Position numbers and translations under genes: made by a program. From an uncultured Sphingorhabdus sp. (lineage in GTDB: Bacteria; Pseudomonadota; Alphaproteobacteria; Sphingomonadales; Sphingomonadaceae): DNA of 64,000 nt. Positions 19,335-29,088 of the stretch are shown here, piece by piece. The notes beneath the pieces are model-generated. The model ran no database searches and was not told the DNA's origin. It saw nothing but the letters and a program-made list of their open reading frames with translations. The stretch is from assembly GCA_964572205.1 (NCBI GenBank), contig CAZNEO010000004.1, forward strand, positions 3,185 through 67,184, given 5' to 3'. Numbering within the stretch: the first letter of the stretch is position 1; each line of letters opens with the position of its first letter.

Positions 19335-19791
19335 GCCGCGTCGTCGGATAGGGCGTGCCATCCTTGTGATAATAGCCGCTGGCATCAAAAGTCATGTCGA
19401 TATCGGAATAGGCCCCACCTTTTGACCGGTCCCCTGTGCCGACGCAGATGAAGCTGCAATCGGCATCGCTACGGTTGATAAGGTGATGGCCGTTCGGTAC
19501 GCCCGCCGCCCATGCCAGCACGTCCCCCGGACGCACAATGCTTTCGCCGCCATCCTCGACCAGCACGGCCTCTCCGCTCAGCATGATTAGCAGTTCATCC
19601 TCGCCCTCATGCCAGTGGCGTTGCGACGACCATGCGCCGGGCTTTAGCACCACATGGCTGGCCCCCATTTGGGTGAGGCCGCCCACTGGAGCCAGCCTGC
19701 GCCACCAACGGCCCTCAACCGCGCGGTCAAAGGGGACGGGATAGCCGGTGGCATTTGATTGCGGGATGGCGTCAATATCGATTTTGGGCAT
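19327..19791 (-). CDS. Cupin domain protein
   Basis: SSQRHWHEGEDE and NGHHLINRS motifs. Confidence 0.88.
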   Translation of the reverse strand: MPKIDIDAIPQSNATGYPVPFDRAVEGRWWRRLAPVGGLTQMGASHVVLKPGAWSSQRHWHEGEDELLIMLSGEAVLVEDGGESIVRPGDVLAWAAGVPNGHHLINRSDADCSFICVGTGDRSKGGAYSDIDMTFDASGYYHKDGTPYPTTRLI

Positions 19792-19847
19792 GGCCGCACC
19801 TTTCAGAATTTATGGACAAACCATAGCGCGGTTGCCATGCGGAGCAA

Positions 19848-20984
19848 ATGAACGAAAGCAGCGCCTGTGCCCATGCCCAACATCTGATCGCGTGCGAGAG
19901 CATCACCCCTGCGCGCGGGCAAGTGTTCGACGCACTTGAGTCGATGCTTGCACCGCTTGGCTTTGCCGTGGAGCGTTTCATTGCCGGGGCAGATGACGCC
20001 GATCCGGGAAATGGCGGGCCTGTGGAAAACCTGTTTGCGATACGGGGAAAAAATGGGCGCCATTTTGCCTTTGCCGGGCATCTGGATGTTGTGCCGCCGG
20101 GCAGCGGCTGGACGAGCGACCCGTTCACTCCGGAAATAAGGGGCGAACTGCTTTATGGACGCGGCGCCGTTGACATGAAAGGCAGCATTGCCGCCTTTGT
20201 TGCGGCTGTGGAAAAAATTCCGGAAGACGCAGGGATAGTCAGCCTGATCATCACTGGGGATGAAGAAGGCCCTGCCATTCACGGCACACGCGCTCTGATC
20301 AGCCACATGCAGGCACGCGGCAGCATTCCTGACCTGTGCCTTGTGGGCGAACCCACCAGCGTCAACCGGCTGGGCGACATGATGAAGGTGGGGCGGCGCG
20401 GCTCGGTCAATATGTGGATCAGCGTTACAGGGGCGCAGGGCCATGTTGCCTATCCGCACCTGGCCGATAATCCCATCCCGAAGCTCGTTGCGATACTGGC
20501 CGAAATCGATGCCATAAAGCTGGACGAAGGCACCGAATTTTTCCAGCCAAGCAATATCGAAGTGACCACGGTCGATGTCGGCAACCCTGCCACCAACGTT
20601 ATCCCGGCAAAGGCCGAGGCGCGGCTATCGATCCGGTTCAACGACCTGCACAGCGGCGAAGAACTGGTGGAGCGCATCCGCGCCATTGTTGAGCCGCGCG
20701 GCACATTGCGCGCGATGATTTCAGGTGAAGCTTTTCTGACGCCGCCCGGCGAATTGAGCGATGCGGTTTCGGCAGTCGTTACAGAGGTCATCGGGATCAC
20801 GCCCGAGGCGTCAACCACAGGCGGCACATCGGATGCACGCTTCCTTTCGAAAATCTGCCCGGTGGTGGAATTCGGACTGTGCAACGCAACGATGCACAAG
20901 TTGGATGAGGCGGTGGCCATCGCCGATCTTGACACGCTGGCAGAGATTTACCGGCGGGTGGCGCTCCGGGTGCTCTCCCAATAA
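19848..20984 (+). CDS. dapE: Succinyl-diaminopimelate desuccinylase
   Basis: FAGHLDVVP, GRGAVDMKG, GDEEG, GHVAYPH, GGTSDARF, ATMHK. Confidence 0.95.
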   Translation: MNESSACAHAQHLIACESITPARGQVFDALESMLAPLGFAVERFIAGADDADPGNGGPVENLFAIRGKNGRHFAFAGHLDVVPPGSGWTSDPFTPEIRGELLYGRGAVDMKGSIAAFVAAVEKIPEDAGIVSLIITGDEEGPAIHGTRALISHMQARGSIPDLCLVGEPTSVNRLGDMMKVGRRGSVNMWISVTGAQGHVAYPHLADNPIPKLVAILAEIDAIKLDEGTEFFQPSNIEVTTVDVGNPATNVIPAKAEARLSIRFNDLHSGEELVERIRAIVEPRGTLRAMISGEAFLTPPGELSDAVSAVVTEVIGITPEASTTGGTSDARFLSKICPVVEFGLCNATMHKLDEAVAIADLDTLAEIYRRVALRVLSQ

Positions 20985-20985
20985 T

Positions 20986-21007
20986 CCCCGCCCGCTTGTG
21001 GGAGGGG
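20986..21007. terminator. Hairpin between convergent dapE and smr; half copy of the rnpA-type repeat
   Basis: ccccgcccgcttgtgggagggg. Confidence 0.5.
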
Positions 21008-21012
21008 AAATT

Positions 21013-21555
21013 TTAGCGTTTCAGCACAATATACAACGCCCCATCGCCGCCATGCCGGGGGTGCGCGCGCCTTACCGCAGAGATATGCGCGGCATGTCTG
21101 GACGCAGCCAGCCAGTCGCGCACCACAGCAGCAATCGCCCCGCGCCCTTGTCCGCTTGCCCGGTCATGGCTGCGTTGTTTGCCAGTCACCAACAGGATGA
21201 CGCGCATCTTCTGATGTATCGCCTGCTCCAGCGCGCGGTCCAGTCGCGCATAGGCCCCGGAAAGGGTCGTTTCGTGCAAATCGACGCTGATATCGGGAAT
21301 GATCGCGCCTTTGTGGATACGCCGATCCCAAGTGGAGTCGAGCGTGTTTCTATCCTCCCCAAGCTTGCTTGGGGAGGGGGACCACTCGAAGAGCGGTGGA
21401 GGGGTAATCATCCGGTCCCGGACCACCCCTCCACCGCCTTTCAGGCGGTCCCCCTCCCCATCCTTTGGATGGGGAGGATTGTGATGCAACGGCTTCACCG
21501 TTGCCATCACCCGGCCCCAGAGCGCCTTTTCATCAGGGGCAAGTTTGCGCACCAT
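21013..21555 (-). CDS. Smr/MutS2-domain protein with in-frame repeat insertion
   Basis: VDLH, ILLVTGK, HGGDGALYIVL; usual position downstream of mltA. Confidence 0.88.
   Translation of the reverse strand: MVRKLAPDEKALWGRVMATVKPLHHNPPHPKDGEGDRLKGGGGVVRDRMITPPPLFEWSPSPSKLGEDRNTLDSTWDRRIHKGAIIPDISVDLHETTLSGAYARLDRALEQAIHQKMRVILLVTGKQRSHDRASGQGRGAIAAVVRDWLAASRHAAHISAVRRAHPRHGGDGALYIVLKR
21352..21479. repeat. Palindromic element (ATCCTCCCC..GGGGAGGGGGACC..GGTGGAGGGG family) inside smr
   Basis: Inverted arms 21352-21405 and 21425-21479, each with nested hairpins. Confidence 0.9.
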
Positions 21556-21571
21556 TGGGCTTAACAGCCCA

Positions 21572-22813
21572 TCATGGCGCCGGGATCAGCCGTGCAACGG
21601 ATGCCTTGGGCAGGAACAGCAAGGCGCTTCCCCGCGCGGCCATGCCGCCTGCTATGCCAACGGCCCTGTCGCCTGCACCCCAGAAAGTATCGACTCGGTT
21701 CGCGCCTCTTATCGCGCCGCCGGTATCCTGCGCGATCCAAAGTCCATTGGGTTCGGCGCGGTCCATCGACAGCCACACCGGCGCGCCCAGCGGAATATAT
21801 TTGGGATCAGCCGCCACGCTGGATTCGGCAATCACGGTATAACCCATCGCGCCAAGGGGGCCGCGCGGCTCCTCGCGGAAGAAAACAAAACTTTTATTCT
21901 CGCGCATGATTTTCTGGCCCTCAACGGGGTTGGCGCGCAAATAGCGGGCAATGCCCTGCATTGAGGCATCGGTGACCAGCCCGCGATCCTTCATCAACCG
22001 GCCAATGCCCGTATAGGGATGGCCATTCTGGCTGTCATAGCCGATGCGCGCGACGCTGCCGTCAGGAAAGCGCAGCCGCCCTGACCCCTGAATTTGCAGG
22101 AAGAAAAATTCAACCGGATCCTTAGCCCAGGCAATTTCAAGGCCGCGATTTGCCAGCTTGCCTTCCTCTATGCCGGTCCGGTCGGCATACATGACAAGAC
22201 TGCCGCCCTTTACCTCGCCCCTGATCCTGCGACCTTTCAGGTCGCTGGCAAAGCTGCCTAGATCAACCTCAACCAGTTCGGGCGGCCGTTTGTAGATGGG
22301 GGTATCATATCCCGGCTGGCGTGTGCGCGAGGCGAGGATTTCGGGTTCATAATAGCCTGTGGCAAAGGCCTTTCCATCGCCGACCTGCACAGCTTCCAGA
22401 TAGGTGGCAAAGAAAGACAGGCCATCGCCGCTCCATGTTTTTACGGCATCACAGGCCGCCTGCCAGTCGGCTGTCTGAGTAAGGCCAGACAGGTCCTCGC
22501 GCCGGACAAGGCCGGGGCAGCTTGTGCGGAACGCCGCCATGGCCGCATCCGCGTCAGCCGTTGCAATGCCCAATGCCCCGATTTGCGGGCCGCGAACCAC
22601 GCCCAAGGACGCGGCATTGCTGCCATCGCCAATAGCGGCAGGCGCAGGCAATGGCGCAACGGGCGTTGCCGGAACGGGCTTTGCCGCTTTGTCCTGATGC
22701 TGAGTCGATATGGTATCGCCAGCGGTGCTGGGCCCCGCATTGGGAATAACGCCGCCCGAACAGGCGGACAGGGCTAAGGCAGCGATGGCGATGGTCAAGG
22801 TGGAGCTATTCAT
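21572..22813 (-). CDS. mltA: Membrane-bound lytic murein transglycosylase A
   Basis: LSAC lipobox, TGYYEP, LQIQGSG, AQDTGGAIRG..RVDTFWG (3D domain). Confidence 0.93.
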   Translation of the reverse strand: MNSSTLTIAIAALALSACSGGVIPNAGPSTAGDTISTQHQDKAAKPVPATPVAPLPAPAAIGDGSNAASLGVVRGPQIGALGIATADADAAMAAFRTSCPGLVRREDLSGLTQTADWQAACDAVKTWSGDGLSFFATYLEAVQVGDGKAFATGYYEPEILASRTRQPGYDTPIYKRPPELVEVDLGSFASDLKGRRIRGEVKGGSLVMYADRTGIEEGKLANRGLEIAWAKDPVEFFFLQIQGSGRLRFPDGSVARIGYDSQNGHPYTGIGRLMKDRGLVTDASMQGIARYLRANPVEGQKIMRENKSFVFFREEPRGPLGAMGYTVIAESSVAADPKYIPLGAPVWLSMDRAEPNGLWIAQDTGGAIRGANRVDTFWGAGDRAVGIAGGMAARGSALLFLPKASVARLIPAP

Positions 22814-22827
22814 GCTCCAGCCGTGAA

Positions 22828-23484
22828 TCAGACCTCGTCGGTCTCGTCAAGCTTCCAGTTGCGATCACCTGATTTGATGTCGCGGAAGAATGTCCAGACA
22901 TCATGCGCCTCAACCGCATCGGTCATCGAGCCGCCAATGATATTGCCGCCCGAATCCTTGACCAGCGCAGCGATGTCCGCATCGAACTGCACCGTGATGC
23001 GCGCCATGGGATGATCGTAGCTGGCGTCGATAATCCGCGCCTCTTCGATCCGCACCAGCCGGTTTTCCAGCGTCTCCCCCCGTTCTGTGCGGGCATCAAT
23101 GGCCTCGGCAAAACTGTCATAGACATCATCGTCGCACAGGAAGCGCAGGCTTTCCTTGTCGCCTTTCCAAAAGGCTTCCAATATCAGGCCATAAGCGGAT
23201 TTTGCGCCTTCCAGGAAAAGCGCGGCGTCAAATTGGCGATCGGCATTGGCAATGGCCCGCAGGCCGCTATTGGCTGCCATGTCAACGCCAACGGGCGCGG
23301 GGACATAGCCGCTTTCCGGCTGGCCGACGGGCTGGCGAACAATCGCTGGCTGACGCTCTTCTGCGACAGTGCGGGGCAAGGGCTCCTGCTCATGCCCGGT
23401 GCGCTTGCCCAGCACAGAATAAAGCCGCAGCCCCAAAAAGGCCGCTACCATCGCCAGCAACACAATCTCGAACATCACAAACAT
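22828..23484 (-). CDS. Tim44/TimA family adaptor protein
   Basis: FLGLRLYSVLGKRTG, FLEGAKSAY, DVWTF.R, NWKL.ET; divergent from secB; start uncertain (23484 or 23475). Confidence 0.88.
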   Translation of the reverse strand: MFVMFEIVLLAMVAAFLGLRLYSVLGKRTGHEQEPLPRTVAEERQPAIVRQPVGQPESGYVPAPVGVDMAANSGLRAIANADRQFDAALFLEGAKSAYGLILEAFWKGDKESLRFLCDDDVYDSFAEAIDARTERGETLENRLVRIEEARIIDASYDHPMARITVQFDADIAALVKDSGGNIIGGSMTDAVEAHDVWTFFRDIKSGDRNWKLDETDEV

Positions 23485-23761
23485 ATGCCCTATCCAGTCG
23501 CCAACACGCAAATCCTGTTAGCAGATACAACCAAAGCGCAGGTTAACACGCCATTTACGGCAGCCACCCCAGCGTCCTACAGCAACATAAGGGTTTTGCC
23601 GTCCCTTTTCAAACGCCTTCGCTTAAAAACTTTGCTTAACCCAGGTGAGCCGATGCGGCAATGCAGGCATTGCCCTTTACCAATGCCGCTGCTAGGCGCG
23701 ACGGCATTATCGGGGGCATGCAGATAGCTGCCCTCAGCCCATAACAGGAAAGCATGGAAAA

Positions 23762-24271
23762 ATGGCCGACGAAGAAGGCAATATCATATCGGAAACCGTG
23801 AAAGCCAATGGTGAAGACACCACGCCCTCGATCGGTATGTTGAGCCAGTATATCAAGGATTTGTCGGTCGAAAACCCCAATGCACCGCAAAGCTATGGCT
23901 GGGAAAGCGCACCGCAGATCGACGTGCAGGTCAATATTCAGGTCAACGCAGTCACCGAAGAAGTGCAGGAAGTCACGCTGACTCTGGCGACCAAGGCAAC
24001 CAGCGATGAAGGCGTGCGTTTTAACGTGGAGCTGGAATATGGCACGCTGTTTGGCCTGCGCAATGTGGCTCCGGAACAGGCCCACCAGTTTCTTTTTGGC
24101 GAAGCACCGCGCCTGATGTTCCCCTTTGCCCGCCGCGTCATCGCCGATGCGATCCGCGACGCAGGCTATCCGCCGCTGGTGCTCGACCCCATCGATTTCA
24201 ACTCGCTCTATCTGCACCAACTGGCACAGGCGCAGGCAACCGCAGAGGCTGAACCGGCGGGGACGGCTTAA
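23762..24271 (+). CDS. secB: Protein-export chaperone SecB
   Basis: QYIKDLSVENPNAP, PRLMFPFAR, LDPIDF. Confidence 0.95.
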   Translation: MADEEGNIISETVKANGEDTTPSIGMLSQYIKDLSVENPNAPQSYGWESAPQIDVQVNIQVNAVTEEVQEVTLTLATKATSDEGVRFNVELEYGTLFGLRNVAPEQAHQFLFGEAPRLMFPFARRVIADAIRDAGYPPLVLDPIDFNSLYLHQLAQAQATAEAEPAGTA

Positions 24272-24285
24272 GGGAGCCCCGTGCG

Positions 24286-25902
24286 ATGAGCGCGCTCATC
24301 AGACACACCTCCACGATCGCGGGCTTTACAATCATCAGCCGGATTTTCGGCTTTGCCCGCGATATGCTGCTGGCTCGGGTGCTGGGTGCAGGGCTGGCCG
24401 CTGACGCCTATCAGCTCGCCTTTACCCTGCCCAACACCTTTCGGCGCCTTTTCGCAGAAGGCGCCTTCTCGGTCGCCTTTGTGCCGATGTACACGCGCAA
24501 ATTATCGGGCGAAGATGGCGAGGCGGAGGCAGCGAAATTTGCTGACGATGTCCTTTCGGTCTTTATTTGGGTGCTGCTGGCCTTTTCGGCCGTGGCAATC
24601 ATCGCAATGCCGGGGATTGTCTGGCTGCTCGCGCGCGAGTTTCAGAATGTCGAAGGCAAGTTTGAATTGTCCGTCCTGCTCAGCCAGGTGACATTTCCCT
24701 ATCTGTTTTTCATCAGCCTGGTGGCGATGCTGACAGGGTTGCTGAATGCGCGCTCAAGATTTGCGCCGGGGGCAATTGCGCCCATCCTGTTCAACCTGAC
24801 GCTGATCGGCGGGATTATCGGCGGCCATTATTGGCGCGGCGGTACGGGTGATGACACCCGCGTTGTCTACGTGCTGGCCAGCGCAGTGTCGCTGTCGGGA
24901 ATTGTCCAGCTCATTTACCTGTGGTGGGCGGTCAAGCGTGCTGGCCTGAAACTGCGGTTCAAAATGCCCAAACTCACGCCCGAGGTGAAGCGGCTGGGCT
25001 GGGTCATCCTGCCGGCGACATTCGGGGCAGGTATTTACCAGATCAGCCAGTTCGTCGACACATTCTTTGCCACCTCGCTGCCGCAGGGTTCGCTGACGCT
25101 CCTCAAAATGGCTGACCGGCTGAACCAGATGCCGCTCGGCATTGTCGGGATCGCGCTGGGCACGGCCATCCTGCCGATGCTGGCGCGGCATATTCAATCC
25201 GACAATAAAAGCGAGGCGCAGCGCCTGCAAAGCAATGCCTTTGAAATGGCAACGCTGCTCACCCTGCCCGCTGCTGCCGCGCTGGCCATTTGCGCACCGG
25301 CCTTCGTCAATGCCTTTTTCGTCGGCGGCAAGTTCAAACCGGAAGACGGCGTGATCATGGCCAATATCACGGTCGCGCTGGTCGCCGGGCTGCCCGCTTA
25401 TGTGATTGTGAAAATCCTCAACCCCGGCTTTTTCGCCCGCTCGGACACGAAAACGCCGGTGTTCACGGCGCTTGCCGCGCTGATTTTCAACATTGGTCTC
25501 AACATCTGGTTCATCTGGGGGCTGGGCTATGGGATTGTCGGGCTGGCCGCCGCCACGGCAATGTCGGCAACGCTCAACTGCGTGCTGCTATATGCCGTGC
25601 TGCACAAGCGCGGCTGGTTTCATTTCAGCGCACAGCTGGGTGGCCGCATCGCCCGCCAGCTGATCGCCACCGCCGCCATGTCAGCACTGCTGTGGTGGTT
25701 GATGGATGTGCTGTTTGATCGTTTTTCGGGCAGCGTGATCGAACGCATCTGGTCATTGCTGCTGCTGGTGCTTGGCGGCATGGCGGTCTATGGCGCAGTC
25801 GGCTGGCTGGTCGGCGCGGTTGACAGGAAAGAGATCGAAACCCTGCTCCGCCGTCGCAAGGCTACCCCTGAATCCGTGTCCGCCACAGAAGCGAGTTCTT
25901 AA
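24286..25902 (+). CDS. murJ: Lipid II flippase
   Basis: SRIFGFARD, LPNTFRRLFAEGAF, ADRLNQMP. Confidence 0.95.
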   Translation: MSALIRHTSTIAGFTIISRIFGFARDMLLARVLGAGLAADAYQLAFTLPNTFRRLFAEGAFSVAFVPMYTRKLSGEDGEAEAAKFADDVLSVFIWVLLAFSAVAIIAMPGIVWLLAREFQNVEGKFELSVLLSQVTFPYLFFISLVAMLTGLLNARSRFAPGAIAPILFNLTLIGGIIGGHYWRGGTGDDTRVVYVLASAVSLSGIVQLIYLWWAVKRAGLKLRFKMPKLTPEVKRLGWVILPATFGAGIYQISQFVDTFFATSLPQGSLTLLKMADRLNQMPLGIVGIALGTAILPMLARHIQSDNKSEAQRLQSNAFEMATLLTLPAAAALAICAPAFVNAFFVGGKFKPEDGVIMANITVALVAGLPAYVIVKILNPGFFARSDTKTPVFTALAALIFNIGLNIWFIWGLGYGIVGLAAATAMSATLNCVLLYAVLHKRGWFHFSAQLGGRIARQLIATAAMSALLWWLMDVLFDRFSGSVIERIWSLLLLVLGGMAVYGAVGWLVGAVDRKEIETLLRRRKATPESVSATEASS

Positions 25903-25907
25903 AAGCC

Positions 25908-26912
25908 ATGCGTGTCGTCTCCGGTATCCAGCCTACGGGCAATCTTCACCTTGGCAATTATCTGGGCGCCATAAAAAACTGGGTTGCGATGCAGGATGAC
26001 CCGGGCGAGAAGCTGTATTTCCTCGCCGATCTGCACGCGCTGTCGCTGCCGCACAACCCGGCGGAGCTTTCCGCAGGCACGCGCGAAATGGCGGCTGCGC
26101 TGGTCGCCTGCGGCATCGATACCGACAAGGCAATATTGTTCAACCAGGCGCGCGTGCCGCATCATGCAGAGCTGCAATGGCTGCTGACGGGAACAGCGCG
26201 CATGGGCTGGCTGAACCGGATGACGCAGTTCAAGGATAAATCGGGCAAGAACCGCGAGGGTGCAAGCATTGCGCTGTTCACCTACCCCGTGCTGCAGGCT
26301 GCCGATGTCCTGCTCTATCAGGCAACGCATGTGCCTGTGGGCGATGACCAGAAACAGCATCTGGAGCTGGCCCGCGACATTGCGCAAAGCTTTAATGAGC
26401 GTTTTGGCCCAGAAGGCGATCCGGTGTTTACCCTGCCCGAACCGATCATTCCGCGGGCAGCGGCGCGGATCATGAGCTTGCGCGATGGCAGTGCCAAAAT
26501 GAGCAAGTCCGACCCATCGGACATGGCGCGCGTGAACCTGTCCGACGATGCCGACACCATCGCGCAGAAAATCCGCAAGGCAAAGACCGACGCCGAGCCA
26601 CTCCCCGCCGAAATGGCCGGGCTGGAGGGCCGGGCGGAGGCGCAAAACCTGGTCGGCATTTATGCAGCGCTGGCAGGCATATCAGCAGACGCGGTGCTGG
26701 CGCAATTTGCCGGGCAAGGCTTTGGCGCGTTCAAGCCTGCCTTGGCCGAACTGCTCGTCGAAACCCTGCGCCCCATCCGGGAGCGTTTTGTGGCGCTAAA
26801 GGATGATGCCGCGACAATCGATGCACTGCTGGCCAAGGGCGCGGAACGGGCCAGCGTGCTGGGGCGGCCGACGCTGGATAAAGCCTATGCGGCGCTGGGG
26901 CTGTTGCGGTGA
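25908..26912 (+). CDS. trpS: Tryptophan--tRNA ligase
   Basis: SGIQPTG, HLGN, VPVGDDQKQH, KMSKS. Confidence 0.97.
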   Translation: MRVVSGIQPTGNLHLGNYLGAIKNWVAMQDDPGEKLYFLADLHALSLPHNPAELSAGTREMAAALVACGIDTDKAILFNQARVPHHAELQWLLTGTARMGWLNRMTQFKDKSGKNREGASIALFTYPVLQAADVLLYQATHVPVGDDQKQHLELARDIAQSFNERFGPEGDPVFTLPEPIIPRAAARIMSLRDGSAKMSKSDPSDMARVNLSDDADTIAQKIRKAKTDAEPLPAEMAGLEGRAEAQNLVGIYAALAGISADAVLAQFAGQGFGAFKPALAELLVETLRPIRERFVALKDDAATIDALLAKGAERASVLGRPTLDKAYAALGLLR

Positions 26913-26954
26913 GCGGAATATTTTTATGCCATCAATGCTAGACAACTGCCGACC

Positions 26955-28823
26955 ATGGAACAATCAAATTTCGATATCAATAATCCTAATCGACACATCC
27001 GCGATTACCTTCATTATTATTTGAACTTTTCTACTCCACCTGGCTTTGCCGTGATGGTTCGGGGGCCTTGGGGTATTGGCAAGACGTTCCTCATTCAAAA
27101 AATACTTGCTGATCAGTTTCCGGAGCCCAAGGACTACATTTACGTCAGCCTGTATGGTGTAGCCAAACCAGAAGAAATCGATACATTGATACTCGCAGCA
27201 ATGTATCCTTTGCTCAAAAACAAGGCTGTGAAGATCGCCGGCCGACTGCTCAATGCGGCCACCCAATTCTATAACGTTGATGGAAATATAAAGCTGGGGG
27301 ACGTGTTTGGTCACAGCACCGCAGCAGTCTATGTGTTCGATGATATAGAGCGAGCCAAAATGACCGCTGACGAGATTTTCGGCTATATAAACCAATTTGT
27401 TGAGCATCTAGGCTGCCGCGTCATTCTTGTTGCAAACGAGGCTGAATTGGAGAGGACTGATGGGTATCGAACAAAGCGCGAAAAGCTGGTTGGCCAAACA
27501 CTAGAAGCCCAGTCCGTAGTCACGGACGCGCTGGACAGCTTTTTCCTCGATATTGTAGACACCGAAGCTCGTGACCATTTGGCGTCAGTGAAAGATCAGA
27601 TCGTAAACATTTACGAGCAAGGTGAAGTCAACAATCTGCGTGTGCTCAAGCAGACCCTTTGGGATTTTGAGCGCTTCTACAAAACAATAGAAGCACATCA
27701 TCGGAAACATGCGCCCGCCATGTTGGACGTTCTGCGCCTGCTTTTCGCTCTCTCATTCGAAATCAAGCTGGGCCGGATGGATTCGGCTGATTTGCTTGGT
27801 CGCCGTGACCGTTGGTTGGCTTCAATGATGTCCAAAGATGGTTCTGCGATTAAGACCTCGTTTGATAGATATGAGGGACTTGACCTAAGCGATACGACGC
27901 TATCCGATGAACTGCTGACTGAACTTTTGGTCCATGGCGTAGTTGATCAATCCCTAACTAAAAGGGACCTTAATGCAAGCAATTGGTTTTTTGAGCCAAC
28001 GGAGGAGCCGTCATGGCGCACGATATGGTATCGGCTTGAGCGCGAAAGCGACTTAGTAAAAGAGGCGATATCAACTCTTGAGGCCGAATTGGCAGAATTC
28101 CGCTACCTGCAACCAGGCGAAATTTTGCATATTTTTGGTATCAAGCTGATGATGAGTGATGCTGAATTGACGCCAACAAATCGCGATCAGGTTGTGGTTG
28201 AGGCCAAAGCCTACATTTCTAAGCTCAGAGAGCAAGGCAGGCTGATTCCTTTAGACCCTAATTCGTTTCTAGATGATTTTCGACACGGGAGTTGGGGCGG
28301 TCTCGGCATCGAGGAAACTGGGACGCCTCATTTCTCAGAAATTTACAACTTCCTACAAGACCAGCGTGACCTAGCGCGCTTTGATCGCCTACCTAATTTT
28401 GCCATACAACTAATGGAAGAACTTGGTGACGATCCCGACCTTTTTTGTAGGCGCCTAGTTGGCGTTGGCGGAGATCGGTCCGATCTGTTCGATGGTCCGG
28501 TATTGAAGGAGATTGACCCAGATGATTTTCTCGCAACAGTCGTAAAGCAGCCTGCGCGCGTTCAATCGCAGGTTTTTCGATGCCTTCTATCTCGATATCA
28601 GCATGGTGGATTCAGCCAAGGCCTGGAGGACGAGCGAGCTTGGGTGCAATCCCTCCATCGTGCGATGCTGGACCTCGCCGCTGAATCTGAACCAGTCCTT
28701 CGGAGCAAGTTGGCAATGTTTAGCGGTTGGCTAGCTAAGTTTGTACCAACAACGCCAAAAAACGAAGACGAAAGCACAGCCATGACCGAAATCGGACAAA
28801 GCGCAGGGTCTGACGAACCTTGA
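26955..28823 (+). CDS. KAP-family-like P-loop NTPase with uncharacterised C-terminal region
   Basis: FAVMVRGPWGIGKT Walker A, YVSLYG, VFDDIER Walker B, ILVANE, EKLVG, NLR; atypical codon usage. Confidence 0.82.
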   Translation: MEQSNFDINNPNRHIRDYLHYYLNFSTPPGFAVMVRGPWGIGKTFLIQKILADQFPEPKDYIYVSLYGVAKPEEIDTLILAAMYPLLKNKAVKIAGRLLNAATQFYNVDGNIKLGDVFGHSTAAVYVFDDIERAKMTADEIFGYINQFVEHLGCRVILVANEAELERTDGYRTKREKLVGQTLEAQSVVTDALDSFFLDIVDTEARDHLASVKDQIVNIYEQGEVNNLRVLKQTLWDFERFYKTIEAHHRKHAPAMLDVLRLLFALSFEIKLGRMDSADLLGRRDRWLASMMSKDGSAIKTSFDRYEGLDLSDTTLSDELLTELLVHGVVDQSLTKRDLNASNWFFEPTEEPSWRTIWYRLERESDLVKEAISTLEAELAEFRYLQPGEILHIFGIKLMMSDAELTPTNRDQVVVEAKAYISKLREQGRLIPLDPNSFLDDFRHGSWGGLGIEETGTPHFSEIYNFLQDQRDLARFDRLPNFAIQLMEELGDDPDLFCRRLVGVGGDRSDLFDGPVLKEIDPDDFLATVVKQPARVQSQVFRCLLSRYQHGGFSQGLEDERAWVQSLHRAMLDLAAESEPVLRSKLAMFSGWLAKFVPTTPKNEDESTAMTEIGQSAGSDEP

Positions 28824-29088
28824 CTTTTTGTTCTTTTTATGTTCTATCCCTCGCATGATAAACATCCGCCGCAGCAAATATAAGCAAAACCGCGGCAAAC
28901 GCCTTTTCGCGTCAAACCTATCAAAGATTGTCGCGTGGTATTGGGCAGTAATGGCGGCGTGGTTGCAACCAAAAAGCTGTAAACTTGCGCGCAATTCCGC
29001 CATTTTTTGCCATTCAAATTTCGTTCAGTCTGATTTTACTACAAAGCCCGGGTGTAGCGCCTATATGTTGCGCGATGGAGAAATAACG

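Noticed and set aside
23542-23640. CtrA boxes in the Tim44-secB intergenic region
   Set aside because: One site has a mismatch (GTTAA-N7-TTTA) and the other a 9-nt spacer; too weak without comparative data
26913-29088. Integrative element around the KAP NTPase
   Set aside because: No integrase, tRNA, att-like direct repeats or terminal inverted repeats were visible
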